From Gekko japonicus (taxonomy: Eukaryota), in contig NW_015171562.1 in NCBI RefSeq assembly GCF_001447785.1, positions 292,046 to 356,045 of the forward strand: a stretch of DNA of 64,000 nucleotides, in the 5' to 3' direction. How positions within the stretch are numbered: position 1 is the stretch's first letter; every line of letters begins with the position of its first letter. Positions 26,011 to 43,950 of this stretch are shown here, in pieces. The position numbers and the translations under genes are program-made. The notes below the pieces were generated by a model. The model had not been told where the DNA came from and did not search any database. It worked only from the letters and a program-made list of their open reading frames with translations.

Positions 26011-28414
26011 CTAGGAAGAGTCCTCCATGGCCACCGCTTCCTCGAGTTTCTGGACCATCTTGTCTTCCAGCTGTTTGGCTTTGCCTGAAAGTCATGAAAA
26101 AGACTGTTCGGTTCAGCTCCCCTCAGGGTTAAGTTACGAGTTCCAGCCCCTTCCTTCCCTTCTTGCTGGCTGGCTGCAGAGGAACCTCTCTTATTCCAAT
26201 GGGAGATATTCTTTGCATGTCACGACTGGACGGGTCCTGAACAGCCTGGACTCAGGGTCTGCACTGCGGTGCCTCCCCTGGAGCAGGGTACAACCTCTGG
26301 GAAACGGGATCTCTGCCCAAAGGGTTCCTCTTGGCATCGCCAAGATGCCTTCCTTCCCATTTGTAGCAACAGGAGCAAGCAGGGGTGACGATGATCACAG
26401 GCCAACCAAGTTACCCATGTGCCCCCCCCTTCCAGAACCCCCGTCCGCACCCCAGCCCACGCAGGGCTCTAGCTCCCGCAGGCTCCTATCCCGTGTAAGG
26501 CTCCATCTGGCCCACGCCAGCTTCCTGCGCAGGAGCCCAGTCTGAGTGCCCCCCCCGGAGAACTCTGACCGACCGCAGCCCCGACACACCCCACCCTCGA
26601 GGGGGGGCGGGAGGGGGGCGCCCTGGCAGGGTCCACGCCCAGAGCAAGAGGGCCCTGCCTGCCTGGGACTTCCTCTGCAAAGGCTCAAGGGAAGCCGTGA
26701 AAACACCCCTCACACTAACGCGGGAGACACACCCGACCTCTTTCCACTGGGCAGTGGGACACCCAAGCCCTGAGGACGACACGTGGCCGGTGTCACGGCT
26801 CACCAGCTGTGTTGGACTGTGGACATCTGGAAAGCTGTTTCCAAGCAGTCCACGCAAGATCCCCTGCCTTCTCGTGGGGGGGTGGGGGGTGGGGGAGGCT
26901 CACCTGCATGTGGAGCGCGAATGAGGTGGATGTTCTGCTTGACCTCCTTGATGTCTTGAGCTTTCTGCAGTTCTTTGCCCTTCTTTAGTCTAAGGGGAGC
27001 GGGAATGAAAATCAATCTCAGTTATTCCAAAACCAAATGCAAAAAGGACATGATACCACAGCAACAGGTTTTAAATGCACACAAATTAAATATCTCCTGT
27101 TTTGCCGGGGGGGGGGGGGGGTGTTGTATGGGCAGCAGGAGAAAATCCAGCCCAGACTTGGACACCAGGACTGCCTGTGGTGCCCCCAGCAACGCCCAAG
27201 TCATGCCGAGAAGCCAGCCCCTTCTCCCCATATGCTGGACGGGCCCCGACTCCGTTTAGCGGGCCTCTTCCCAAGAAGAGCACATGGATGGGTCCTGAGT
27301 TAGTAACGGCCATCATCCTTACAGAAGCCCGGCTGTTTCTGAGCACCAAAATCTCTGCCGGGGTCAAAGACCAGCCCAGCTACAGCCTGAAGGTGCCGAC
27401 GGCCACCGTACCTGTTCATGATGAACTTGGCTTGCCGCCTCTGCTTGATCTCTTCCACTCTCTTCATGACATCGACTGGGGAAACAAGGGGGGGAGGGGA
27501 GGTGGCACATTACAAGGGCCTTTGCACAAGCTCAGGTAGTGAAAGCAGAGGCACCGTTTCTCGTTTTAGCTTTCTGACACGGGAGTTAAAATGCCCCCGT
27601 GGCCAAGCAGAGTGGAGGCGGCACTGCAGCTCCGTATCTGTTCATGCTTGTGCCCCAAGCTAGCCCCACCTGCCAGACCAAGGAATGCCAGGCAGGGTCA
27701 CGAGGCAGCGGCAGGCCACGGCAAAGCGCCTCCGAGAGCCTCTTGCCCTGAAAACCCCCGAGGGCCCTTCCCGCCACTGCCACCACCACTCAGCCTGGCC
27801 TGCCTTTCTACGTACACCTGGTCAAAGTGTGGCCTACTGCAACCAGCTGTTGGTAATTACAATGTATGAGCTGGGAAGACCCAGGTTCAAATGTCGCCTC
27901 AGCTGTGAGCCTAACCCCATCTCTGTCACCTGACCGAACCCTTAACTGGGCTGCCCTTCTGGTTTCTGAAACTGGGCAGGAAGAACGGGACCGCTCTCCA
28001 CTTTCGTCCAGTGTCAGGTCACACTGTGCACAGCGATGGTGCAGTTGTGCGTGGGGGTGGGGGGGTGGAACGGCACTCCCCCAAGGGCAGGCCTGCAAGT
28101 GGGGCTCCCAAGAGTGACGTGGAGCCCTCTCGTGCAGTGGGGACAGGCAGCCTCTTGGCCGCTCTTTCTTTTCTGCTGGCAAGAGGGGGCCCTGGCTGCA
28201 GCCATCAGAACGGGGGGGGGGACACACCCACACACACCCAGTCCCCCACCCCTGCAGGGCTTTGAGCTGCTCCCCCACCCCCCCACTCCCCAGACGGAAG
28301 GGAGCTGCTGGGTTAGGGTTCGGTGGAGAAGAACGAGGGCCCCCACCTGACTTCTGCCAGAGCTCTCGCTGGTATTTCACGGGCTCGTTCCTCCGCTTCT
28401 CAAACTCCAACGAG
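26011..28414 (-). CDS. RSL24D1: Probable ribosome biogenesis protein RLP24 (ribosomal L24 domain containing 1), 3' exons; 5' exons fall in gap 28415-29323
   Basis: Minus-strand exons 28414-28347 (partial; [22 protein letters not shown]), 27475-27412 ([20 protein letters not shown]), 26989-26904 ([28 protein letters not shown]), 26084-26011 ([23 protein letters not shown]). All visible junctions GT-AG and in phase. ATTAAA on minus at 25832-25827. Confidence 0.95.
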
Positions 28415-29323
28415 NNNNNNNNNNNNNNNNNNNNNNNNNNNNNNNNNNNNNNNNNNNNNNNNNNNNNNNNNNNNNNNNNNNNNNNNNNNNNNNNNNNNNN
28501 NNNNNNNNNNNNNNNNNNNNNNNNNNNNNNNNNNNNNNNNNNNNNNNNNNNNNNNNNNNNNNNNNNNNNNNNNNNNNNNNNNNNNNNNNNNNNNNNNNNN
28601 NNNNNNNNNNNNNNNNNNNNNNNNNNNNNNNNNNNNNNNNNNNNNNNNNNNNNNNNNNNNNNNNNNNNNNNNNNNNNNNNNNNNNNNNNNNNNNNNNNNN
28701 NNNNNNNNNNNNNNNNNNNNNNNNNNNNNNNNNNNNNNNNNNNNNNNNNNNNNNNNNNNNNNNNNNNNNNNNNNNNNNNNNNNNNNNNNNNNNNNNNNNN
28801 NNNNNNNNNNNNNNNNNNNNNNNNNNNNNNNNNNNNNNNNNNNNNNNNNNNNNNNNNNNNNNNNNNNNNNNNNNNNNNNNNNNNNNNNNNNNNNNNNNNN
28901 NNNNNNNNNNNNNNNNNNNNNNNNNNNNNNNNNNNNNNNNNNNNNNNNNNNNNNNNNNNNNNNNNNNNNNNNNNNNNNNNNNNNNNNNNNNNNNNNNNNN
29001 NNNNNNNNNNNNNNNNNNNNNNNNNNNNNNNNNNNNNNNNNNNNNNNNNNNNNNNNNNNNNNNNNNNNNNNNNNNNNNNNNNNNNNNNNNNNNNNNNNNN
29101 NNNNNNNNNNNNNNNNNNNNNNNNNNNNNNNNNNNNNNNNNNNNNNNNNNNNNNNNNNNNNNNNNNNNNNNNNNNNNNNNNNNNNNNNNNNNNNNNNNNN
29201 NNNNNNNNNNNNNNNNNNNNNNNNNNNNNNNNNNNNNNNNNNNNNNNNNNNNNNNNNNNNNNNNNNNNNNNNNNNNNNNNNNNNNNNNNNNNNNNNNNNN
29301 NNNNNNNNNNNNNNNNNNNNNNN
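28415..29323. other. Assembly gap expected to hold RSL24D1 exons 1-2 and the start of exon 3
   Basis: N run that begins inside an RSL24D1 exon; the N-terminal MRIEKCYFC region is not seen elsewhere in the window. Confidence 0.85.
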
Positions 29324-29640
29324 GAGCTTCCCGCCCCACTCTCTGCGGGCCGGGCAGCGGGGGCGCGTCCATTCCTCGAGCGGGGCCCCACATGCAGGGT
29401 GACAAAAAAGGCGGCCGCTGCTGCAGCCCTGCGAACTGGAGGGAGAGGCCGCCTCCCTCCCTCCCTCCCGAGGGGAAGGTCCCCTTGGCGCCCTCTTGGC
29501 ACCAGCCTCGCCGCGGATCACGTGGGGCCGCCCCCGACCCCTGGAGAAGGGGCGCCAAGGAGGGGGTGGGGTCAAGGGGAGGCCGGGCTGTGGCGGGGGC
29601 GCTTACAGCTTTCCAGAGGGGACCCCCCCACACCGCCCCT
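29324..29640 (-). promoter_or_regulatory. CpG-rich region, likely RSL24D1 promoter/5' flank
   Basis: CpG-dense with GC boxes (CCGCCCC at ~29331), directly beyond the gap that must hold RSL24D1 exons 1-2. Confidence 0.5.
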
Positions 29641-29974
29641 CTTCAGGAGAGCCCTGCCAGTGGGCCAGGGTCCCTCCAGTCCAGCCTCCCCTCTCCACAC
29701 ACAGGGGGGGGGGCCCTTCCTTCCCGCCCTTGGCCCTCTTCCCTGGTTCCCTCACAGTCCCAACTCCTCCTCGCAAGGCCATACTCCCCTGGCATCTGTC
29801 CCTGGTTGTAACCGCACCCGTTGGTCCCCCCCCCCCCCCCGGAGAAGGGGGGGGCGGAAGGGAGGCCTGGCCTCAGTGTCGTCTGGAAACAAAGAACACC
29901 CCCCAGGGTGATGAGTGACAGGGGTGAACACGCGTGTCGTGTAGAATGTCAGTTCCGGGACAGGGCTGAACCGG

Positions 29975-31790
29975 GATCCCACAGGGGCCAGCCAGCGCCT
30001 CTGGACGCCCAACGACAGGGCAGAGAGGCCGAGGCCTTCCCCTGAGGCTGCCTCCTGGCTCTGGGGTTCAGAGGACTAGTGCCACCCATAGACTTCTCTC
30101 CTCCAGGAATCCATCCAATCCCCTTTAAAGCTGCGTGTTCCTGTGGCCATCGCTGCATCCTCTGGCAGCCAACTCCACATTTTAATCACTCTCTGTGTAA
30201 AGTTGCATTTCCTTTTGCCTTTCCCTGCTCATCCGTTCCACTGGACGCCCTCAAGTTCTACTGTTTTGGGAGAGGGAGAAAAATGTCTCTTTGCCAACAC
30301 TCTCCACCCCATGCATGATATCATAAACTTCTGTCATGTCCCCCCCTTGGCCGTCTCTTTTCTAGACTGAGAAGTCCCAGAGACTCTCCAGCCTTTTCCT
30401 CACAGGGAAGGTGCCCCAAATAATCTTGGTCACCCTCCTCTGTACTTTTCCCAGCTCTGCAGTGTCGTTTTTAAAGATACGGTGACCGGAACTGTACGCA
30501 GTATTCCAAGTAAGGCTGCACCACAGATCTATACTGGGGCATTACAATCTCGTCTGTTTTATGCTCAATCCCTTTCCTAATAACCCCTAACACAGAGTGT
30601 GCCTTCTTCACCACTGCAGCACACAATGGGGTTGGCACTCTCATGGAGCCACTGCTTCCTTCCCTCCACTGTGAGACCTGTCCATTGATTTCTACTCTTT
30701 GCTTCCTGTCATTTAATCCATAAGTGAGGCACCTTGTCAAAAGCCTTTTGGAAGTCCAAGTATATAATGCCTACCAGAGGTCACTGCTGTCTACATACAT
30801 GTTGGCTTTCTCCAAGAACTTCAAAAGGTTGGTGAGGCAGGACTTCCCTTTGCAGAAGCCATGCTGATTTTCCCTCATCAGGCACTGTCCCTCTAAATGC
30901 CTAAGAATCCTGTCAATTTTTTCCTCTCCACATTGACACAGAGAGTACTCCATCTTTCTGTATTATACCTCTGAGGATGCCAGTCACAGCTGCTGCCAAG
31001 ACCACGGCCATACAGCTTGGAAAATCTACAACTAATTCTGTCTTTGATTTCAGTTTATACTAATTTGCCTGGGACAGACATTAGGCTGACTGGCCTGTAA
31101 TTTCCTGGTTACCCTCTGGATCCATTTTTAAAAACTGGTATCACATTTGCAACTCTCCAGTCTTCTGGTACAGCGGCTGAATTTAGTGATAGTGATATAT
31201 GTAACCTATCTCACATCCAAGTTCCTTCAGAATTCTGGGGTGTATGCCACCAGGACCTTGATTTTTTTACTTTCCCCAATAGGTCTTAATCTCTGGTCAC
31301 CTCAATTTGGCTCAGTTTTTCAGATTCCCTTCAGGAAAACGGTGGCTGTGGCCTGGGGTTACGTGCCCCACACCTTCCACACTGAGCACAGAAACAAAAA
31401 GGTCACTGAGCCTCCTTGCCATCTCCCCACCTTCCTTTAGCAAATCTTGTATTCCTTGGTCATCCAAAGGCCCCACTGCTTCTCTGGCTGGTTTCCTGCT
31501 CCAGATTTATTTTAAAAAGTGGTTATTGTTTCTCTTGATGCTTTTAGTAACCCGCTGTGTTTTGCTAAAATCTGTGGTCCCCCCTGTTCCACTCGCTGGC
31601 GCAGACCTTCCACTTTTTAAGAGAAGCCCCTTTACTTTTTATAGCTCCCTCGACTTGCATTGTTAACCACGCAGGCCTTCTTTTAGACTAGGCAGTGCTT
31701 TTCCTGACCTGTGGAATGCATTCCGTTTGGGCCTCAATTAGTGTGGTTTTAAATAGCCTCCAAGCTATTTAAAGCTCTTCCCTCTCACTA
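29975..31790 (-). mobile_element. Degenerate, multiply deleted CR1 LINE
   Basis: Minus-strand remnants NQHGFCKGKSCLTNLLKF, YLDFQKAFDKVPH, KQRVEINGQVSQWRE, YRSVVQPYLEYCVQFRSPYL, plus the 3' UTR motif at ~29975-30080. Confidence 0.85.
30952..31032 (+). mobile_element. Penelope-like element 3' remnant inserted in CR1 (broken hammerhead motif)
   Basis: TACCTCTGAGGATGCCAGTCACAG..GACCACGGCCATACAGCTTGGAAAATCTACAAC resembles recalled squamate Penelope termini; the GCGAAACGTC half is deleted. Confidence 0.55.
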
Positions 31791-33213
31791 CATCCAGATT
31801 TTCATGAAGATGCACTGAGAGGTGTTCTCTGGGGACTCTCGACATGCCCCCAGCGTCCTTCCAGACGGAGGCTCTGAAGCGGTGGAAGCCCCTTGGCCAC
31901 CCTCCCATAACCTGCTCTCCCCCCCGCCCCCCCGGCACAAACACCGCCCACTGTCCACGCAAGCAGGCTACACGTCCTTCTCCAGGTTACCCACTTCCTG
32001 AATCAGATCTGCCAAGCAGCAAGAGAATGTTTCCGCTCGCAGTTCCGGGGCTTGACAGAGTGTGCCGGGGAGGCTGCGGAGCGCCTGGCTGGCTCGTCTG
32101 GGCTCCTGGCTCTGGACGTGAGTGGCACACAAGAGTCCAGGCCCAGGTGCCCAAGAGTGATTGGGTGCTGGGGTGGAGGGTAGCCAAGGCAAGAGCATTT
32201 GGGAACATGGGGAAAATGTAGAAAAATGCAGCCAGGCTGAAAACGCACAGGGTGGTGGGCACGGCCTTATGAGACGTCCAAGAGAGGAGGCAGGCAGTCA
32301 TTCCAGTCTGCCACTTAAAAGTTCGGGGGACTGGGTTGCTCTTGACTGTTTCTGTCCTGTGCGAAAGATGCTCCGGGAAGGTTTGATTTGATTGGATTTA
32401 TTTAATTTGTTATCCTGCCCTCCTGGCCTAGGCGTGACAAGTGTCCTTGGGAAAGGACAGGTTCTGCCCGACCTTGCCGTTGAGAGTCAGTGAACTGCTT
32501 TGGGTTGCTGATTACATACAAGGAAGCCATCACCACAAACACCCATTTGCTCCTCTTGGGACAAACAACACACACCCAGAAACCAGAGGTGTAAACAGAG
32601 AAGAAGAATGAATTAAAGTAAAGTAAGACCTCACCACGCCAGAGCCCCCCGCACTAACAGTTTCGGTCCCATTGGGATGGAGGTTCTCTGCACCAGTGGG
32701 GGTGTGCTTGGGACCAAGACATTTAACGGCAAGCGTGAGTTGGCCCTAGATTCCTGTCAAAACACAAGCAAGACCTGCGCATGACCCTCCTGCACTTCCT
32801 TTCAGGGCACACCCTTGTTGCCCACCTACGTTCAGGCAGGCGGAGGTCTCCGTGTGCCTCCAGCACTTGCCTTGGAAATGCCTGGAAGGAGGTCATCGAG
32901 AACAGAATCTCTCTAGCCATTAGCAGTAAGTGACTCTTGCATCTCTCCCAATAATTGGTTTTATTGCTGCCATGAGAGGATCTGAATTCCATTAAGGGGG
33001 CAAAAGTACTCAGGGCAGGAGAGCCCCCCCCCCCGGATGCCATCAGTCCTTGGCTAGTTTGCAAAGCGCCAGGTGGGCCCCCGAGGGAGGGGAGGAACCT
33101 CCAAGCTCTTCCACGGGATTGCGCAGGGCAGGGCAAGAGCGGCCCAGGGGCGGATCCCGTTGAGCGTCACCCTGGGTCCTCTAATGGCCGTCCGGGCCTC
33201 CCGCCTGGGGCCC

Positions 33214-38100
<4,887 letters not shown>

Positions 38101-39283
38101 TCACTCCCCGCTTATCATTGGTTGGCTGTGGCCCACAGCCCTCTGCCCACCTCCCGTCCATCGAAGGGCCACTTGTTGCACCTGGCGCTTTCTCTGTGGG
38201 GATGTCTTCAAAGCCCACAGCAGAAGGGGACCCACGTGGTGCCCCCTCGGCTGCAAGGCAGGCTGGAGGCAGAGCCCTCCTTGTCTGCGGGGGGGGGGGG
38301 AGGTGCGGCCCATGGTTCTTGTGCTCTCATACAAGGGGGGTGAGAGAGGGGGGGNNNNNNNNNNNNNNNNNNNNNNNNNNNNNNNNNNNNNNNNNNNNNN
38401 NNNNNNNNNNNNNNNNNNNNNNNNNNNNNNNNNNNNNNNNNNNNNNNNNNNNNNNNNNNNNNNNNNNNNNNNNNNNNNNNNNNNNNNNNNNNNNNCTCCC
38501 TCTTGTCGCCCCCCCCCCCCCCCGCCATAGTCTCTATGGGAATGTTTGGCAAAAACACCCCCACACACACACAGAGACAATGTGCAGGAGGACTGCGTGC
38601 TCTCTGGACCACAGGAACCAGCCGCCGTGAAGGAGATGCTGCCCATCTGGGCACGAGACCTGGCTGAGGAAGCCTCTTTCTGTCGGAGACTGGGGGTGGG
38701 GGAGGTCACACACTGTGCCTCTCCTGGGTCTTCAGGGGCTGGCACGGGAGAGAGGGTTAGGGTGACCCCTTCCCCCCCCCACCCCACCCCCTCCCTCNNN
38801 NNNNNNNNNNNNNNNNNNNNNNNNNNNNNNNNNNNNNNNNNNNNNNNNNNNNNNNNNNNNNNNNNNNNNNNNNNNNNNNNNNNNNNNNNNNNNNNNNNNN
38901 NNNNNNNNNNNNNNNNNNNNNNNNNNNNNNNNNNNNNNNNNNNNNNNNNNNNNNNNNNNNNNNNNNNNNNNNNNNNNNNNNNNNNNNNNNNNNNNNNNNN
39001 NNNNNNNNNNNNNNNNNNNNNNNNNNNNNNNNNNNNNNNNNNNNNNNNNNNNNNNNNNNNNNNNNNNNNNNNNNNNNNNNNNNNNNNNNNNNNNNNNNNN
39101 NNNNNNNNNNNNNNNNNNNNNNNNNNNNNNNNNNNNNNNNNNNNNNNNNNNNNNNNNNNNNNNNNNNNNNNNNNNNNNNNNNNNNNNNNNNNNNNNNNNN
39201 NNNNNNNNNNNNNNNNNNNNNNNNNNNNNNNNNNNNNNNNNNNNNNNNNNNNNNNNNNNNNNNNNNNNNNNNNNNNNNNNNNN

Positions 39284-39568
39284 GAGGAGGAGGAGATTGG
39301 ATTTACACCCCCGCCCTTCACTCAGAGTCTCAGAGCGGCTCATAAACTCCTCTCCCTTCCCCTCCCCACAACAGATGCCCTGTGAGGGAGGTGGGGGCTG
39401 AGAGAGTTCTTCCGAGGACTGCCCCTGAGAGAACAGCTCTGAGAGAACTTGTGGCTGACCCAAGGTCACACCGGCAGCTGCATGTGGAGGAGATGCGGGG
39501 AATCAAACCTGGTTCTCTGTTCCCAGATTAGAGTCCACGCACTTAGCCACGACCCCAAACTGGCTCTC
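39284..39568 (-). mobile_element. Squam3-like SINE
   Basis: Same family as 15972-16249. Confidence 0.85.
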
Positions 39569-39705
39569 AGGATGGCCCTGGCCCCTGATAGCCTGCTGTG
39601 CTGTGCCACGTTCAGGATGGCTTGTGGTGGGGTATCAGAAACCCAGTCCTGTGCACAGCCCAGCCCACAGCGGTTTCAAGCTGCCTTCCAGCGGTCACCC
39701 AGGAG

Positions 39706-39911
39706 CAGTGTTCCCTCTCAGCTGAGTTCGTGTGAGCCAGCTCACAGTTTTTTAGCCTCCGGCTCACAGATTTTTGTCTTAGCTCAGGAAGGATGGCTCC
39801 AGGGCAAACTAATTTACGCAGTAGCCAAATTGCTCACTCACAGCATTAATGCCAGCAGCTCACAAAGTAGGATTTTTGCTCACGAGACTCTGCAGCTTAG
39901 AGGGAACATTG
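39706..39911. mobile_element. hAT-type MITE with TIRs and 8-bp TSD
   Basis: TIRs CAGTGTTCCCTCTCAGCTG / CAGCTTAGAGGGAACATTG; flanks CCCAGGAG and CCCATGAG (7/8 identical). Partial third copy at ~40865-40955. Confidence 0.85.
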
Positions 39912-42623
39912 CCCATGAGCACCCAACAGTCCTGCCACCCCCTGCAAAGACCACCCAGCTTTGCTGTGGCTTCCCACCCGCCCCTGCTGGAGTGGCCGGC
40001 AGAGTGTGTGTCGCCCTGTCCCTGGTCCTCCCCTCCCCCTCCTCAGCAGGCCCCACCCCCCCCCAGCCATGGGTACCGTGCGTGCCCACTCCTTTGCCAC
40101 AGGCGCACTGATGCCCGCCCCAGGATGGCACCCTCAGCCTTGCTCTCTACAGACCCACGGCCTCTGGCCCTTCACCCCCCTCCCCGGGGGCCGTGGCCTC
40201 TGGCCGGCCCAGGCACCTCGCCTCCACCCCTCCCTCAGCGCGGCGGCAGAGCGGAGCTGGGCTGCCCACAGGCTCTTGAGGCTCCCTCCGGGGCAGGTGC
40301 CGCACTCCACGAGGAGCAAGAGTGGGCCTAAAACGCAACCCCAAGGAGGGAGTCTGCAGGTAGACCCGGCGGACCGTTGAGAAAGGGAGGCCGGCCCGTG
40401 GAAGCCGCCTGGGCCCACCCCCCTCCCGGCCATAGGAGGCTCCCCCCCACACACACACCTGGCTGTGCACCGCTGCAACCACCACCACCGCGGGCCCCGC
40501 TCTCTCCCTCTGGCTCTCTCCCCCAGCAAGGAGTCACCACCAGCACCACCACCTCCTTCTCCCCCGCCAGCCAGCCAGCCAGGCAGCGCACCCTCTGGGG
40601 CCCCACCTGCTTCGCACACAGCCGGGCGGGCGGGAGGCTTACGTGGCTCCTGTTTGCCCAAGAGAGGCGTGCCCCCTCCTCTCCCCTCTGGCCTCTCCAG
40701 GGCATCCCAGGCAGGCGGGAGCAGCCAGGGCACAGAGCTGCCCCCGGAAGGCTGCTTCTGCCCGGAGCCGGCACAGGAGGGGGAAGCCTGCCTGGCAGGG
40801 CTGGCACGGCTGCAGGCCCATCTACCTGTGGGAGGCGCACGAGAGCCCCAGGAGAGCCAAGTGAGGGTGAGCCAGCTCAGAGTTCTTTAGCCTCCTCCGG
40901 CTCACGCATTTCTGTCTTGGTTCAGGAAGGAAGGAGGGGGCTCCAGAGCAAACAGATTTCTGTTGTGGGGAGGGGAAGGGAGAGGAGCCTGTAAGCCCCT
41001 CTGAGGGCAGGGTATGAATCCAGTCTCTTCTTCTCGTCCTCCTCTAAATACTGGGGAAATGGTCCCTGGGAACAGTTCCTTGTATCCCTCTTTTCTCAGG
41101 CATCCTTGTGAAAGCCGAGGGCCCCAGACCCAGGGACCTGGCAGGGCACCGCAGTGCCCGTCAAGGATGCCACCAGCATTCCTCCCTTGAGCGTGGACCC
41201 CCCCCTCCCCACCAGGTGCTCAGCTGCCGCCTTCGGCCTCTTGCTCTGGAGCTACCGCAGGCAGACGCACTCGGGTGCGAGTCGAGTCCTTCGCTACTCA
41301 GATCGGCCTCGTCTGCCAACCACTAAAAGCGTCTCACTCCCGTGCAACCCCCTGCAGGCTGGAACGGCCGGCCCACTGCTGCAGAGACCAGACGGGTGGA
41401 GATGTTAACACAACACCCCTTGTTCCCAGGACAGTTCTTGTCGGTGCCAAGAGAAGAGAAGAACAAAAGTGCAGCGGGGGGGGGGGGGGGGTTGGCACTC
41501 TCCCCCCCCCCCCTTGGTTTCTAGGGGGGTTTTTGGCCTTGACACATTGACAAGCCCCACTGGCTTTCTGGACAGAATTTCCCAGAGGCTCCCTGGGACC
41601 AAACTCAGGAACCTGGAGTGCCACCCCCTCTCAGCACCAGGAGGAGAGGAAGCAAGTCCTCCTCAGCCTCCCCCCCCCAGGGGTGACAGCAATGGCCCAC
41701 CCCGCAAACAGCTTCAGACTGGCCAGGCACCACGGCTGGAGCCCTTGCCTAGCCAAGCTCAGGGGGAGAGTCCGGAACCCTCCCGTCCCGCTGCCCAGAG
41801 TCTCACACGTGGGGGGGGGGGAATACAGAGGAGACGGATCCAGCCTGAAGGCGGGTGGCTTAACGGAGCCCGAAACGCAAGCAGAGAACGGCCGGTCTGC
41901 TCTGTGCAGATTCCCACCGGGGTGGGGGGGGCAGGATCCCTGCTCACACGGCGGAATTGGAAACCGGCTCTGCAGTGCTGTGCATGTAGATTAGCTCCTC
42001 ACTCACTCACTCACTCGTTCAGGGCACTCTTGCCTGCCAGTCTAGAGACTTCTGCTCCAGGCAACAATTCAGCATCCTAAGGATCAATAGGAACGACACA
42101 GCAAGACGGCCACTAAGAAACTAGGCCTGCCCAGGGATCACACCGCCTTGGACACAAGTGCAAAAACAATCCCACCCCCCCCGCCAAGCTGTGGCTGCGT
42201 AAAAGGCGGGCAGGCAGGCAGGAGGGGGAAGACAGACGAGGCAGTCGCCGGGGGAAGGATGCGTCTCCAATGAAGCTCAAGAGCCATACGTCTGACTTCT
42301 CACATCCGCTCTCTTTAGTAGAATATTTTCCCGTCCTTATGAAACAGCACATCTCGAGACCCAATTTGAAGTTAACCGGCCTCTGCGAGAAGCCACCATA
42401 AAACAAACACCCTCTTGAAGAGTGGCCTGAGGAGCCCTCCAGTCCGATCCTGAGCAGGTTCACTCCGAGAGCAACCCTGTCCCAAAGGCCTGGCAAACGC
42501 AGGGGAGCCGGTGGCCCTGCATGCCAAGCGGGAAGCCAGCGCCAGTTTCCTGGAGCAGATGGCGATTCTGTGCCCCCGGGCAAGACTTCCGCCATGGGAG
42601 ATGTGGGGAGGGAAAGGATCCTC

Positions 42624-42890
42624 TTTGGTGCCGTGGTGCCGGACTCTAATCTGGGAGAATTGGGTTTGATTCTCCACGCCGCCTCCACTCGCAGCTGCTG
42701 GATGACCTTGGGCAAGCCGTAGTTCTCTCAGAGCTGTTCTCTCAAGGGCAGTCCTCAGAAGAGCTCTCTCAGCCCCACCGACCTCACGGGGTGTCTGTCT
42801 GTTGTGGGGAGGGGGAGGGAAAGGAGTTTGTGAGCCACTCTGAGACTCCGAGTGAAGGGCGGAGGATAAATCCAATCTCTTCTTTGTCTT
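42624..42890 (+). mobile_element. Squam3-like SINE (further fragments at ~40958-41035 and ~43207-43370)
   Basis: TTTGGTGCCGTGG..GGACTCTAATCTGGGAGAATTGGGTTTGATTC..GGATAAATCCAATCTCTTC. Confidence 0.8.
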
Positions 42891-43669
42891 CGCTGGAGCG
42901 GCAAGGGCAGGGGAGCAGGGGCCCTCGGAGAAGAGGAGGGTCGAAAGGGGGGGGGAGAGGGCTGGTGGGGTGGGGGTGGCTTGGCCTGTGCAGCCAGGGG
43001 GACGCCTGGGGCCTTATCTGGCCCTGCAGCTGAGCAAACAGTCATTTGTCTTGGCAAATCGCAGGGCGATCACAGGACAGCTGCTGCTGCCCAGCGCTCT
43101 CTTCACGCTTCGCCTCCTGGAATTGGCTGCAGGCGCCGGCTGCCTCCACCAGGAACTTGCCTTCTGCTGTCCTGAAAGATGGGCCCAGCCCCTGGCCCGA
43201 CCCCCCTGGGCCACTGCCCTTCTCTCAAGGGCAGTCCTCGGAAAAAATCTCTCACTCAGCCCCACCCACCTCACAGGGTGTCTGTCTGTCTGTCTTGGGG
43301 AGGGAGGCTGCGAGCCGCTCTGAGACTCCCAGTGAAGGGTGGGGTCTGGAAGCCAGCTCTTCTCCTCCTCTGCGTGTCCCCCTGCCTCTCTCCCCCCAAG
43401 GGGGATCCACGGTGGCTGGGCATTGTTCTCCTCTCCTCCATATTCTCTGCACAACCACCCTGTGTGGCAGGTTAGGCCGACAGGGTGTGACCGGCCCAGG
43501 GTCCCCCGGCCGGCTGCCACGGCAGAGAAGGGATTCGGATCTGGTTCTCCCAGAGACGAGTCCAATGCCCTAGGGGCACTGCACCACACGGAGGGCCTGA
43601 GCCCTCCCCCCCCCCCCCCCGCCAGCCGGCCAACAGCAGCGCCTCACCCGGCCCCCCCGGTTGGCCTAC

Positions 43670-43950
43670 CTGGCCGGCCCCTCAGCTCTGGGAGGAGAGA
43701 AGCATCCTGCGCCCAGCCAGCGGGCCACAGAGAGGGTCTCTGGGAAGAAGCAGGGCCGGGTGCCGAAGGTGCTCGCAGACGCCGCCCTGCCGCTCTTCTC
43801 TCGGCCCAGACGCGGCGAGGAGCAGAGAGGAGCCGGAGGGAGGGGCTCGTGGTCTCGCTCGCTCGGTGGTTTTCCTGTTGCCGACCGACCCCGCGGCCTG
43901 GCCGGGCAACTGACAAGCTGGATCCTAATCTGCACCATGTGACCTCCTCA
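43670..43950 (-). promoter_or_regulatory. Candidate RAB27A proximal promoter / non-coding first exon
   Basis: CpG-rich patch; minus-strand donor CAG|GTAGG at 43670/43669; E-box GTCACATG (43943-43936); ETS-like CAGGAAA near 43870-43878. Confidence 0.35.

Noticed and set aside
42240-42420. AT-richer patch first considered as the PIGBOS1 CDS
   Set aside because: No frame resembles PIGBOS1; the match is at 45920.
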